Shown: positions 40,138 to 53,070, counted from the whole stretch's first letter. The stretch is DNA of 62,881 nucleotides, filler included, from Choristocarpus tenellus KU-1152 (GCA_964200185.2; 12 parts of 12 records of this genome joined end to end with filler, not necessarily neighbours in it), one strand, 5' to 3'. Numbers and translations: made by a program. The notes: generated by a model from the sequence alone, not told the origin.

Positions 40138-41047
40138 ATCAGTAGGATCTTGCAACAAAGGGGATCAGCTAAGGGCACCTTAACCGTCTTGGGTCCTTGG
40201 GTCAGAGTCATGCACCCAGCAAAGCTTGTTGCCATGGTGGTTCTTTGCTACGGATTTGGGGCAATATACGAATCGAATAGCAAGCTCACTTTGAGCGCTC
40301 TTCCGTTGCCGTGGCTCGTTGCTACCCTTCAGATGGGAGTTGGCATGATATATATTTTCCCCCTGTGGGTGAGTGCAATACACTACCAACAAAGCACGTT
40401 GCAAGGGGTGGGATGAAGATGAATCCCTTTCCCTCCCTCCCTCGTTTGCTGTTCATATTGATGGCAATATCCAAAGCAATAGTGAGGTTCTCATGGGAGG
40501 AATCTCGCTCTAGCATGTGTTGCTCATCAGGCACCTGTGTGATCGTCTAAAAACGACCAAGCACTCTGAGTTCCTTTTCTTTTCCCCCCTTTCTCTTCTG
40601 TCATCGCTTCTTTGACCGCATCACCAGCTAAGTTTCAGCTCCTGGTCCCTGACTGAAATTTCACCATTTTCGGACTCCAGAGCCTAGAAGTCGATCATCT
40701 TTATGACCCTAGTGCAGAAATTTTGGGTAGTGTAGAGGAAAAACAGAGGAGATGCCAGCAGAGGCACAGCCTCACAGGGACACACAACTCCCTCTGCTTG
40801 TCTCAATGTTCGAACCGTAACATGCTTGCCCAGCTACATTACAGCGACACTAACTTATTTGATTATTATCAACGCCCTTTCAACACTCAAACACGCCATG
40901 CAGGCAATGGGACTCCGGCACCCCCCTAAGCTATCTGACATCCAGAAGAAGGAGGTGTTCCCACTGTCCTTACTGCATGCTGGAGGACACCTGCTGTCAA
41001 CGGGTATACTGGGGGCGAGTGCTCTGGGAATATCGATTATTTTTAAG
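40138..41047 (+). CDS. Triose-phosphate/phosphate translocator (TPT/SLC35E-like) family transporter, two exons
   Basis: Exons 40138-40368 (…VVLCYGFGAIYESNSKLTLSALPLPWLVATLQMGVGMIYIFPLW|GT) and 40904-41047 (AMGLRHPPKLS…PLSLLHAGGHLLSTGILGASALGISIIFK|GT) follow TM1-TM4 of phosphate translocators. The start of the first exon is uncertain. Confidence 0.75.
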
Positions 41048-42302
41048 GTATGGAGACTGACACAAAATATAACCTATTTTTGGAGAGGAGTTGGAGTGAG
41101 GTATTCCCTTTTGTTACATTGGCTGCTTTCAGATACATGGATGAATTGTGCATGTTGAAAGAAGAGGTTACTGTGTCCTCTGCAAAGGATCTGAGACTGT
41201 TCCAATGGGGGGAAAAATGTTGGTATTGTGCCTTGAGGGACGTTAATACCAGCATCTAATTCAGAATACACTTTGTTGTCGCATACAAAAATAGTTTTTA
41301 TTTTTTATAGGCATATATTGGGTTTGATGTGCATCAACCGTAACATTTGTAGGAGAAGACTGTAACTTGAAAGGAAAATTCACCTCAGGGCGCTTCTTAA
41401 AAATAGGAGAACATATTGTTTTAATAACGAGTGGTGCAAGGACTCCAAAATGTACAATCTGTTGGTTGTGTTGAGTTGCTCATCCTGAGACCGATTTCGA
41501 AAAGGCTGGGGCATCTTATGCCCATCTGATGGTGAGGCTTTATTACTGATTAGCGCCATTTCATTCTGAGCAATGGATACGCTGTGTAGCTCCTAGGGCT
41601 TCAGACAAGTAGGAGGCATGTATCTTGTGTCCCTTCCCTGTGTTGGATGTGCTTTCAATCCCCTTTACCTCTACTGTCAAAATATTGATATACCGTGGTG
41701 AGTCCAACACAGTAGTTGAACAGATACTGCTGCAGTGGTACATCGATACATCGAATCTCAACAGATTTCAGGAATGGGGGAGTACATCCTGGCTGAACTG
41801 TTTTTTTTAATCAACACATCGATAGGGTATCATCGATGAGGATTCTAATAGGATGTGAGGGGGTTACAGGTAACAGACTCAGTGGGAAACATGGATGTTG
41901 AGATGACCATGTGGGGAGTGTGTGCACGAGGTTGGTTGATAATTCATTGATTGAGCTGGGTATTATCCTGGCCTCTGACCTGTCGATGTATGGATATGCC
42001 AATGTACAACTGGTGTAATATTTACATCACTGTGGCCACACTGGTACAGTGGCATCTCAATATATATATATATATATATATCGATAGTAACACCGTCCAT
42101 TCGGCCTCCAAACAACCCAAGCATAATGCCTTTGCATCCTAAAAAAGGTTATCCTCGTGGGATGCAGAGGGTATCCCCCTACGTGACAGACATCGCCAAG
42201 AGAAAATGAAGCATGGGCGTGTGCTGTGAACCCCCATCCCTTACTCACCTCTTTCTGCCCTCTCATGAGAACATCAACTGGAAGCCGTAATATTTCATGC
42301 GC

Positions 42303-42334
<32 letters not shown>

Positions 42335-43440
42335 TCCCCCCCCCCCCGGTTCGCGAACTCAGAAAATTTGTGGCAAACAAAAAAACTCCCGAGACGAACA
42401 TTCACNNNNNNNNNNNNNNNNNNNNNNNNNNNNNNNNNNNNNNNNNNNNTTAATTAATTAANNNNNNNNNNNNNNNNNNNNNNNNNNNNNNNNNNNNNNN
42501 NNNNNTCGAGAGCATGAACAAACTGTGCCCTGATTTGACTCACGGGTATCTAGACAGCAAAGGTAGTCCAGTACGTCCAAATGATGGGCTGAAGCTTATT
42601 CCTTAGTCCACATTGTCTTGACAACAAGAACCACTTGAAGCTGTCAATGATAACACACTTTCGTCGTTGTATCCTCTCTTAGAGCCTGCAAAAGAGTGGA
42701 CTTTGAGCGTTGCGAGGTTGGCACCTTTGAGGACCAAGGTACCAATAGGTGAAGATGATAAAGGCCTTTTGTTTCTGAGCTAAGATGCTGCAACGCTGCT
42801 GGTAGTATATAAAGTCTCGTCGTACTCTGTTAATCATGACCCACGTATAATATGTATAATTCTGTCAACCACCCTGACGTGGCTATCATGCATAGCCAAA
42901 CAGAGCCACTGGAGTATTCCCAATAATCGAAGATGCATCCAGTGAGGAGAAGTATGTCCTTTTTCTATTTGAGGAGTAGGAACTGTTGTTTTAGAATAAG
43001 AGAGAAATGAGAAAATCAGCTGGAACAACGTGTGAGTTGTCAATCGCTATGTTTCTCTTGTCTGATTGAAAATTTGCAATTTTGCCTTCTCTTGTATGGA
43101 AAAAAGAGAGTCGCTGGCTGGTTCTTTATATCTAGTCTCGTAGCAAGTTCGTGTTTCTGTGATTCAATTGTCTGAAACAAGGAAGCTGCAGGCTGACTCT
43201 CAATCAAAGTTGAATATCATTTAGTATTAGTGTATTCTAAAATTGTCATGTATTAAAATCTAATCAATCAACCGCACGTATCCTCCGGCATTCTGACAGA
43301 CCCTGAACTACAATAACTACCATAATGGGTGGTAAAAAACTATAACCAAAGCACGACTGTCTGGATTTCAGAAAATGAGCCATGTACTGTGCTAGGATGT
43401 CGACTCCTGCAGAACCAGGTGTGGAGTAGCGAGAATACAA

Positions 43441-43715
43441 GGCCCATAGTATCCTAGAGGGGGGGGGTCAATCGTCCATTCAGGAGCATTTGTGACCCTG
43501 TAGTTACTTCCCTGTCATTCGAGCGAATGAGTCAAATGTGAGGGAAACTTCCTTAATCTCGACACAATGTCCTTTTCCACCCCCCTGTCTGCATCAAATC
43601 TGAAGGAATATCGTCCGCGAAATTGGCATCAGTCTGGGGTGTCTTTACCTCACTCCATCAAGGCCCAAATGGACGACACGTTCTGTACACACACCCCACT
43701 AGGATAATATGGGGC
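43441..43715. mobile_element. MITE, divergent relative of families A/B
   Basis: TIRs GGCCCATAGTATCCTAG / CTAGGATAATATGGGGC and a subterminal CCCAAATGGAC; an internal fragment recurs at about 26190-26290. Confidence 0.75.
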
Positions 43716-44064
43716 AAAAGGGTAATTTTGGTGTTGTCCTACTTGGGGGGGTTGTTTTGATGCTGGCGTAGTATCCATGGGTAATGCTGCCGATAAGCTA
43801 TAAACATGCCACTAGTAGATGTAGATCTCAGGACACGGGTAGAAGTATTTATTGGTTTCCATTTATTTCCAGATTAGCTCTATCACTGTTAAAGCATAGG
43901 CTATCGTGGTACCAGGAGCTTCGCCCTCTGGAGTTGTCCCAAAATAGCTTTGATGTAGACATCGGATGAAAAAAATAAAAGCATAGTCGCAATGCCCGTC
44001 ACAACACCCTCCAGAGTACGGGCTTTGTGTTGTTTTTCGCCATTTTCGTTTTCTGTGAAGAAAT

Positions 44065-44140
44065 ATCGATCATGTTGGGGTTCGAACCCTGGATTGGAGG
44101 TCACCAAAAGTGGCATCAGATGCACTACTACTTGACTGAA
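44065..44140 (-). mobile_element. tRNA-like head (tRNA-derived SINE or tRNA pseudogene)
   Basis: The minus strand has an A-box-like CAGTCAAGTAGTAG and a B-box/T-arm GGGTTCGAACCC at tRNA-like spacing; there is no clean cloverleaf. Confidence 0.4.
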
Positions 44141-44981
44141 GTGTAAGGATTTAGACGGGGGAAAGGCCTTCCCACCGTTTCTTCCTGTGTGTTCCGTCCC
44201 ACTTCTTTGACCTCGCGCCCAGAACGAAACGCCTCTCGTAGCGTCCTTGCCCCGACACCTTGATGTGGTCCATTGTTAGGAAGTCTCTCCCATTTACTCA
44301 CAGTTTCCGACCTGACCATCACATATCCTGCTGCCATCTCGAGCGCCATTTGACGGTCTTTCCCATTGTTCATCATACACAGGTATAGAATTCGCAGCGT
44401 GAGAGCTTTTACTATCACACATTTCCTCGTTGAGTGTCAGAAATGGGCGTCATCCATGTTTCCTGGGCAGGTGATAATTTATCATCGAGGTGTAAGGGCG
44501 AGGGAGGACAGGCTTGAGTTGATCGAAAATTATGTTGATTTCTCAAATGAATGGAGGCAGGGAGAAAGCCTTAATCAATTTTTTATGTCCAACCCTAAGT
44601 CCAGGAAAAAAAGTGAATGTAAGGTATATTGCAAGAAGTGGGAGACACCAAACCATTGGTGTGCAAATAGTCTCAATCTCATCGTCTCCTCTTCTTCCCT
44701 GGTGTCCTCGTCGATGGCTGTGCAATATAGACTAGTAGTCTATATGGTTTATATGGTAAAGGTGAATAAAGTAATATAACTTGAACTTATAAGCGACTGA
44801 CGTAGTGTAACTTGAACTTATACGTGACTGACGTAGTGTAACTGTCACAAACATGTTTAAACATATTTCTGACGTGTTTGATGACGTATACATTAGATAA
44901 CAAGGGAGAGCACACCCCCCACCTAGAGGGCAGTGCTCACTCCGCTAATAAACAAATCCATACCACATAAAGCAAAATACT

Positions 44982-45081
44982 GAGTGAAAGTATCTTAGAG
45001 GGTACAAGTTTTTCCCTGTTTGTCCATTTGGGGCTTGACTTACCTTGGGGTTTATACGACTTTCACCTCCTCCAAAGTATT
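44982..45081. mobile_element. MITE family B, truncated by the contig end
   Basis: GAGTGAAAGTATCTTAGAGGGTACAAG…TCCATTTGGGGC. Confidence 0.85.
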
Positions 45082-45181
45082 NNNNNNNNNNNNNNNNNNN
45101 NNNNNNNNNNNNNNNNNNNNNNNNNTTAATTAATTAANNNNNNNNNNNNNNNNNNNNNNNNNNNNNNNNNNNNNNNNNNNN

Positions 45182-45332
45182 GCGTCCGTTTTTCACCCTT
45201 TTTTCGATTTTCACTTTTTTTTTTTTTTTTTGTCGCACGTGTCGGATTTGAAATGTCAGCAAAAAAAGAGTTGTTTGACCGAAACGGACGCCCCCTCACA
45301 AACCACACACACACCCCCAGATACTTTGACCC
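45182..45332. mobile_element. MITE family A variant, truncated
   Basis: Ends CCCCCAGATACTTTGACCC; related to the contig-edge fragments 21837-21873, 25695-25774 and 28835-28866. Confidence 0.8.
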
Positions 45333-45621
45333 AGGAAAATCCTACACTCCTCACAAATGTTGCAGTTAGTGCACATCATGTTAAGTGCTTGTTACATTTT
45401 GGGAAGAGGAATCGTGTGGGGCTCGACGAAACCTGTTGAAACCTTGGATGGAATTAATCTTGGTCTTCTGTATAATGAAAGGTCATTTATAGTGAAGGGG
45501 TAACATATTGCAGTGAAGCACTGATGAATTCATTTGGATTAACCTTGGAACATATGCTCTGTACAGTCGCAGATTGAACAATGTAGTGTGATGTAATGTT
45601 CCTTTGTGAATCGAAAGGAAT

Positions 45622-45882
45622 GCGCCAAATTATCTTGGAGGATAGAGCCGCGTCCATTTGGCGACCATTAATCCAATGGTGAAATTTCGATGTAATTTTG
45701 GCTATCGTGTTTGTTAGGAAAGTGTCAATATCCTTGTTCCAGACACACCTTTTCATAACAGATACAATTTTCCTACTCCGAAACATTTCGGAGCAGGTAA
45801 AGTGTCATATAAAAAAAAAAAAAGCCACGCCCCAAATGGACAAACAGGGCAAAATTCCTACCCTCTAAGATACTTTTCACTC
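45622..45882. mobile_element. MITE family B
   Basis: GCGCCAAATTATCTTGGAGG…TACCCTCTAAGATACTTTTCACTC. Confidence 0.88.
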
Positions 45883-45955
45883 TATAGATACATGCTCTGT
45901 GTAGAGGATTGTCACCTTGTGAAGAAAAATTCATGGATATTTCAACTGTGAATAT

Positions 45956-46214
45956 GAGTGAAAGTATTTAGGAGGATAGGGTCGCATCCCTTCGGGATCA
46001 TAAATCCAATGCTGCGTTTTTTATGAATTTTAGCTATCGTGTTTGTTAGCAAGTGTCAACATCCTTACTCCTGACACACCTTTCATGTTCTTATGCATTT
46101 TAGGGTTAGGGTTAGGGTTTACACAGAAACCGAAAAAGGCAAAAAAAACGTGGAAAGTAAAATCCTGAACGGACAAATAGGGCAAAACTCCTACCCTCTT
46201 AAATGCTTCAGGTC
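45956..46214. mobile_element. MITE family C, with internal TTAGGG motifs
   Basis: GAGTGAAAGTATTTAGGAGG…CTACCCTCTTAAATGCTTCAGGTC; TTAGGGTTAGGGTTAGGG at about 46100. Confidence 0.85.
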
Positions 46215-47089
46215 TAAATATCATCCAGTTGTGCATCTGGTACACTAATAGCAGAGAGATTTCGTTGTCTGGGTAGTGGTAATACCAACCAAAGAAATAA
46301 ACATTGTCTGCGATACAACTCGTAATTTCCACTGTGAAGAGAAAAAAGCAGAGAATATAACTTAAATTATTATCTGAGACAACTTATGTGGCACATAGAC
46401 TTGTATGTTTGAGAGATGTCAACTATTTCAGACTTGATGAACTATGCAAGTTGTAACAGTAATTCACCACCATATGATGCAGTATCAACGACCTAAGAAA
46501 TGGGTTAACAACTACTGCTGATGTACGAATCAACAGTCAGTACGAACTAGTAATACTTTATAGTATCAACAACACAAATGAGGAGTAGCCTATGGTTCAA
46601 CACACCCACCCACACATTTCCAATTTCTCACTCCATGAATAAAGTACTACTTCTACTTTGGAGTTGTATAGTATCGGGAGTTGCCTGGAGGGGTTCACTC
46701 GCATGTGTCCTATCCCTTTTTTTTTCTCATATTTTCACAGGACAAGGAAATGGTTTCATGCCCGACCCATTGAAACGCACATTTCCTGGGAGAAAGAAAA
46801 GAAGAGATGCTGGAAAAAATTATAATATATTTAGAAAATAATATCTTTGTACACACTCTATTGGAAGAAAACAACCACTTTTCATGATAAGCAACAGATG
46901 TCACACGAAATTAATGTCAGACGCATAGCACATGACAAGAAGATGTGTGTCATCGTCGTTCTTGGCTACCAATACTATTGTGTCCACACTCTACGGTGAA
47001 CCCACTATATCGTATTGTGATGACTCCACCCCTCCTCGTTACCTCGAGCCTTCCTTTGGCACGTGCGTAAAATACGTTATCTCTCTCAA

Positions 47090-47217
47090 ACTTGTGTGTC
47101 TGGAACAAGGATATTGACACTTCCTAACAAATACGATAGCCAAAATTACATCAAAATTTCAGCATTGGATTTTGGTCGCCAAATACACCCGGCCCTACCC
47201 TCCAAGACATTTTGGCT
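47090..47217. mobile_element. MITE family B, partial, reverse orientation
   Basis: GGAACAAGGATATTGACACTTCCTAACAAA…CCCTCCAAGACATTTTGGCT. Confidence 0.8.
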
Positions 47218-48726
47218 TAGTCGCACCCCCAACGTGTGCAGTACAATTCCCCACCCTAGTCCACTAGCAGCGCAAGTACCACCAATTCACACAAATATAC
47301 TTGTGGAACAACATAGATACACATGTAATAACTACACTCATTATATAGTTGGTGAAGCATAATATTATCATACGGAGACGGCAAGGGACAGAGGCATATA
47401 CATTGCAAAAATATGTGCACAGCTGAGTGCATTCGCTGATCAAACGATACAATGGATGTTGTCCCTGAAGCAGAGGGAAGAAGTCACACGCATAGAGAAG
47501 ATTGTTATGAAATGGTTTCACACAATAACAACCAATCTTCGAAAAACAGAAAAAAATGTCCAAATAGTTTCGACAAACTCGAAAATAATCACACACACAC
47601 AAACACACAAACACACAAACACACAAACACACAGGCATGGTGTATTATGCTGTTTGCTCTGACCCATCCGCCCAGGGTTCGGCTATAAATGTTTTGAAGG
47701 ATTAACAACCGTGTGTATAGGCATAAATCCAGGGAGAATTATAGCAGCCCTTGGTGCTTCTCTATGTAGGACTGTTGAAAGAGATCTTGAGAGTGTCAAG
47801 GATGGTAGTGCTCATCAAACTTAACCCTGCCAGGTACAAGACGAATTGGAGTGGTAAAGGATAGTTGTTTAGTAGGACTGTATAAGCATATATGTGCATG
47901 GCAATGCAACCTGTTTGTGTTAAGAATGCTGGCACATCCATCTGTCAGAATATACCCAGCGGTGATCGTACATTTACTGCGCGTGTTTCAAAAGAAATAT
48001 AAGTTATCTGCTTCTAACCCTTGACAAAGCAACGCTCGTCCAAAGTGATCGTGGACTATTTACTAGTTCCACTGCTATGTTTCCTACTCAGTAAACCAGG
48101 AGCAATTGCGCAAGGAGCAGGAGCCCGAGTTTGGACCGTATTTCAGTTCTATTCCATGGCCCACATGGAATTACTGATGTTCCGAATCCGAAGTTTCTTT
48201 ACCCTTGGAGGGGACCGTATGAAGGACATTAAGAGGTATCACCCATCGTGTTCAGAGTCGTATTGCTTGGAAAGCGGAGTCCATTTCCCGCTCATCTGAG
48301 TAGGCTGAAACGTTTCTATCCTCAAATCCAACGTCCCACGCCATACTTGAATCAACTGTATTATTTGTTTATGGGAAAACTGTTACCATTGCCGGACGTA
48401 GACCATCAAGTCTCTTAACCCATTGTTGGTCAGTGCACTGTTGATACAGCATTGTTGGGCATAGATCTCGTCCTGGTCGTCGTTCGTTCATAAATGTTAT
48501 CTCTCGCCTTCGTCTTTGTGGTTATGAACCCTCTTGTGACCTTCTCAAAAGAGCAGAGCAGATTCCACAATGCCGTGAAATGATTGCAGCCAATCGTGCA
48601 GTAACTGACTTGGATAATAGTAAGTCTCGTCCGACACAGCCTAGGCTTGAGAATTCGTATTTACTGCAAAAATAATTCCTTTCCATAGTCTGCAAATCTT
48701 GCATTGCCATTATTGTGAAACCTGTC

Positions 48727-49600
48727 TGTTGAATAACCTAGTGTTATCCTTACGTTGAATGTGCTGATACAAGTATACAACATAGGTTAATGTACGTTTA
48801 TATTTGGTTTGGTACAATACCAGTCATAACATGCAAACGGTATGATAAGCCAGTGTTGGACACATGGCGAAAAATTAATGATTCAGTGTATGTTTTATCA
48901 TGTAACTCAACCAGCGGCTTTGGGCGACAAGCCTTACATGGGCTAAGCTTCTCAACACGTTTATAAGCGCCCTAACCAACAAACTCTAGCTAGAGGGGGC
49001 GTAGCCGAACTGGGTTGGTTTAAGTTGGTTAACATCACTCATGACTTCAGATGGGTTTCATAACAAACTCCTCCAGCTAACGATTGACAACTATGCGGAC
49101 TGGTTTGCCACAACCCATGCATTTTTGAGCGCAAAGGGCGATATTGATGAGGCATTAGAGTTCAGAGAGGAACCCATCCGAGTGGGTGACATAGACTTCA
49201 GACCCAAAGTATCTGGGGGGGTGGGGGGTCTACACCAGGGTGTCCATTTTAGGGCCAAAACTAGGAAAAGTGCAATTACATTATCCATCCGACGAATGTA
49301 ACCAAAATCATACAAAAATTGAGACATGGAAAAATGGGCTCCAAATGGTCACCTCTCCCCAGATACTTTGAGCCTTTCACATCTCCCGAGGACTAGAGGA
49401 CACATCGCATCTACTCGTCCAAGCGCTGGGGCGTGTTGAGAATGGTATCTCATGGACTGATCGAGAGTGCAAGGAGAATATGAGATAAAAGTTTAATGTT
49501 ATGGATGGAGGCCTGGATTGGTGAGAGTTCAAGAAGTGAACACTGGACGCTGATTTCACCATTCTGCAAGCAATTCACCTGTTAGCTGTGCAAACTTCTT
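48727..49600 (+). mobile_element. Degenerate Ty1/Copia-like 5' LTR, primer-binding site and gag start, interrupted by a MITE
   Basis: A TGTTGA(48727)…TCAACA(48957) LTR-like segment is followed by a degenerate primer-binding-site-like stretch. The ORF from 49041 (MTSDGFHNKLLQLTIDNYADWFATTHAFLSAKG) has the Copia gag L-x-x-x-NY-x-x-W motif. Confidence 0.55.
49201..49374. mobile_element. MITE family A, full length, nested in the Copia-like gag
   Basis: GACCCAAAGTATCTGGGGGG…CCCCAGATACTTTGAGCC. Confidence 0.9.
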
Positions 49601-49764
49601 TGATTTTTCTGCTGTTTTGTTTCACAAGAGTTCATTTTTTTTATGTTTCGTCTGTTTTCCCTACCCTTGTGATTTGTGTGAGTAATGAGTCTATTAGAGT
49701 GTTAGTGGATGATACCTCTCTACAACCCAAGACTGTAAGAACAGCACATATATTTCTCATGAAT

Positions 49765-50014
49765 GAGCCAAAGTATCTTAGAGGGTAGAGTTGCGTCCAT
49801 TTGGGGGCCAACATCCAATGATGCAATTTTATTGTAATTTTGGTTATCATGTTTGTTAGGAGATGTCAATATCCTTGTTCCGGACACACCTTTTCAAAAC
49901 GTATACATTTGACCTACTCTGAAACATTTTGGAGTAGGTAAAATTTCATTAAAAACCTGTAGGAAGTCAAGACCCAAATGGACAAACAGGGAAAAACTCG
50001 TACCCTCTAAGATA
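49765..50014. mobile_element. MITE family B
   Basis: GAGCCAAAGTATCTTAGAGGGTAG…TACCCTCTAAGATA (right tip lost). Confidence 0.88.
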
Positions 50015-50269
50015 TGGGGGAGTGTGCAAAATAGGACAATAGTGAGGTGTACCTTATTTTGTGTATATGAGATTATTGTGTTGAATTGAGTCNNNNNNNN
50101 NNNNNNNNNNNNNNNNNNNNNNNNNNNNNNNNNNNNTTAATTAATTAANNNNNNNNNNNNNNNNNNNNNNNNNNNNNNNNNNNNNNNNNNNNCCACCCCC
50201 CCCAGATACTTTGGGTCAATACCTATACATGTGATATATTATTTTTATTATTTTACCCTCCTTGCCTAT

Positions 50270-50470
50270 CTCCCTAGTGTCTCCAGCTAAAAACTCATGG
50301 GACGTCTAGATAGAGCTGCTTGTATTGTGACAGAGACTATCTGTCATAGACGGGATTTGACAGCCCCTTTCCTGCTGTAGCCTCCTGCCCCTCTCCCCCC
50401 TACTGCATACATAGCCAGCTCATCCAGAAAACTTTCCACTTGCTTATTTTTATTGTTATCATCATCATTG
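50270..50470 (+). mobile_element. Probable LINE/SINE 3' end, second copy
   Basis: Homologous to 39405-39600, with a TTA/TCA-rich tail. Confidence 0.55.
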
Positions 50471-52002
50471 CTACCGTTTTACTATCGTACTACTTTAGAA
50501 TTGCTATTTACCCTTATAATTACTCCAAGCAATAGTGCTTCAACAACAAACAGTAACAACAGGATAAACCCGCCCTTCAAATCTCTTCCTTATCACCTCA
50601 TTTTTTTGCCCTCTGTTGTAGACATGAGACCTCTACAAAAAATATTAAATTGTCCCCTCTCAATTCTCGATCCCTGTAGAGACTCTCAGTTTCCCCTGCC
50701 CCCCTTTCAAACACCCGCCCCTCCTCCCATTCACTCCCTCCCCCAAAACCTCCTAGAAAGTAAACGTTATGAAACTGTTTATACAGGGTAAGGCGATTCC
50801 CATCCCATCCACCCGACTACATAGAAGATATTTAGTGCCGCACAGGTCATTCTCTAACCTTGAAATCTCTTCAGAAATGTGTACCAAGTACAGCAAAAGT
50901 ATTTGTTGTGCAAATGTGATAATTAAAGTTGCAGTGCAATTTGATTATTGCACAGTAGTGGACATCCTACATTTGTGGACTCTTGCTGTTCCACAACTTT
51001 TTTGGCAAGTTACTATTTTACAACCAATGTGCCTTGTTAATACAAGATAAACTCCCCACTGTCCATGATCTTACTTCCATATTCGATTCAAGGTGGGGGT
51101 GTGTGGGGTTTGATCTATAACCCCTACCCAAAAACTATTCAAAACACTTGGGAGTATAGCTTACAGGATTGCGCAGAAGACATGATGCCTCTAAGACATA
51201 GACCGATGTATGCAGCATTGTAAGAGTGTCACTTATGATGCTACACAGTTGTGCAACCATGATGTACTTTCATGTTATGATCATATGGGCTGGGGGAGCA
51301 TGACACATCGCCATAGCATCACTGATCCTGCCGTGTCTCATACCACGGTTACTACTGTGAGGGACTTAAGCCAACTTCAGAAACAGACCAACTCTTCCCA
51401 AAATGCTAATTGACTTACATTAAGTGTTGCAGTGCTAGGGTCCTTCAACAGAGACATATGCGCTCATACTTGCCAGTTCCGTTTGGTCATCCAACACAAT
51501 TCAGGCAACTCAGGCAATAGGATCGCTCTAGCGCCCCGAATTACACCATCCTGTAGCCCCTATCCCACAATGTGCCCTCCTCCCAAATACATTAAGCAAT
51601 CATGCTGCTGCTACACACATGCACCTGCAAACTCCCTACTCCAAAAGTCACACTCCATTTACCATCCTCATTTCACATTACTCACTCCCTTCCACAACAC
51701 CCTGGAGTACTTCCGTTTACACCCCAAACTAAATTAAACAATCAAACTACACAGCCACACAGATTTGTGAAGTGCTTGTACGAACCCCTTGAGTTTCAGG
51801 CACTGGGAGGGCTAAGCCACTGTTCCTACAAGACCATTGCACTGCACCCTCCACACTAAGTCATATTACTCAGTCCATTGCGGTGTCATTTCTGCTCTAT
51901 AAACATTATTCACCCATCACACCACAACCCACACAAGTTCATTTATATGCACTCCCCTAAAGCATCATGTGTTACACATTTCCGCGGTGTCCCGTTCCGT
52001 AG

Positions 52003-52846
52003 GTATACAATCGAATTGTCGCACTGGCCTGGATCCATTTCTTAGCCTTCATGGCCCTTCTTACTATGGCGGGAGTGTCTGGCACTGTGTTCGACTGGGC
52101 TCCACAGTTTGCAAGCTCATTGGGAGCTGGTGCTCCTCTCTCAGCTCTGTGCTTCATCAAGGTTCGTGTGCAGTGATCGACAAGCACGTGCCCACGCATC
52201 CGCGCGCGCGCGTGTTAGCGGGAAATGAGACCTGTCGACCTTAAAGAACGATTTGAATGTCCGTATGCCGTTGGTTGGTGGATGACCGGAATTCATCGGG
52301 GGGGGGGGGCAACGGCCGATTGTGCCNNNNNNNNNNGGTGTGGGGGGGCGGGGGCGGTGGGGGGGGGGGGGGGGGGGGGGGGAGATCGTCTAGGACAGGG
52401 AAAGGGTGTGCAACTGGAAAATAGACCACGCTATTGAGAGTTGTTTACTACGTGACTCTTGGTTCTCTGCATGAGGGGTTTGGTGTGACTGAACTAACTC
52501 TGGGTACGCTTGCTGATATATTATCTTCTTCTTGTGCTCCTTGTGCTTTTTTTATAGTTTTGGTCGATACATTGTTGCAAGCACTTTCCTATTGCATTGA
52601 GGGCTGTTCACCAAGGAGGTGGGGGCAATTGATATCGCCACAAACCTTGCCTTCCCCCCCACTCTCTGCTTATTTCTCGTTTCGCCTTGGCAGTCCATAA
52701 CATGCCTACTGGTGGCTGGGGCACTATTCCGAAACATGGACCTGGCACTGTGCTTGAATGTGCTCGGCTGCCTAGCCTGCTTCCAGAACTGGCACAAGAC
52801 ACGAGAAACTCGCAGACGCAAGAAGCACGGCGTGACGTACCCCAAG
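52003..52846 (+). CDS. MAPEG (microsomal GST3-like) related membrane protein, two internal exons
   Basis: Phase-0 AG/GT exons 52003-52161 (VYNRIVALAWIHFLAFMALLTMAGVSGTVFDWAPQFASSLGAGAPLSALCFIK) and 52694-52846 (SITCLLVAGALFRNMDLALCLNVLGCLACFQNWHKTRETRRRKKHGVTYPK). A hydrophobic helix followed by RKKHGVTYP resembles the MAPEG TM1-ARKKYxVxYP motif. Confidence 0.55.
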
Positions 52847-52882
52847 GTTTGCTCGCATAAACGCACAATAACCCGGGATCAT

Positions 52883-52972
52883 GGGGTAGGGTTGGGATTA
52901 GGGTTGGGGTTAGGGTTAGGGTTAGGGTTAGAGTTAGGGTTAGAGTTAGGGTTAGGGTTAGGGTTGGGGTTA
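52883..52972 (+). repeat. Interstitial telomere-like (TTAGGG)n tract inside an intron
   Basis: About 14 degenerate TTAGGG/TTAGAG/TTGGGG units beginning about 37 nt after the donor at 52847. Confidence 0.9.
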
Positions 52973-52989
52973 TGGTGAACTCAAATATG

Positions 52990-53070
52990 GACCCAAAGTA
53001 TCTGGGGGGGGGGGGGGATCTGCACCAGGGTGTCCATTTGGGTCAAAACCAGGAAAAGTGAACTTACATT
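52990..53070. mobile_element. MITE family A, truncated by the contig end
   Basis: GACCCAAAGTATCTGGGGGG…CCAGGGTGTCCATTTGGG. Confidence 0.85.

Noticed and set aside
44065-44140. Functional tRNA gene
   Set aside because: Only the T-arm/B-box is convincing; the acceptor and anticodon stems do not fold cleanly.
44140-44760. Possible retroelement pol remnant
   Set aside because: The composition is coding-like, but no RT, RNase H or integrase motif could be read.
51432-51737. Upstream MAPEG exon suggested by 'FHNTLEY'
   Set aside because: The surrounding residues lack the following TM helices and no matching splice sites were found; probably chance.
52883-52972. True telomere or GLGLGL protein repeat
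   Set aside because: It is a short, degenerate tract inside an intron with non-telomeric sequence on both sides.
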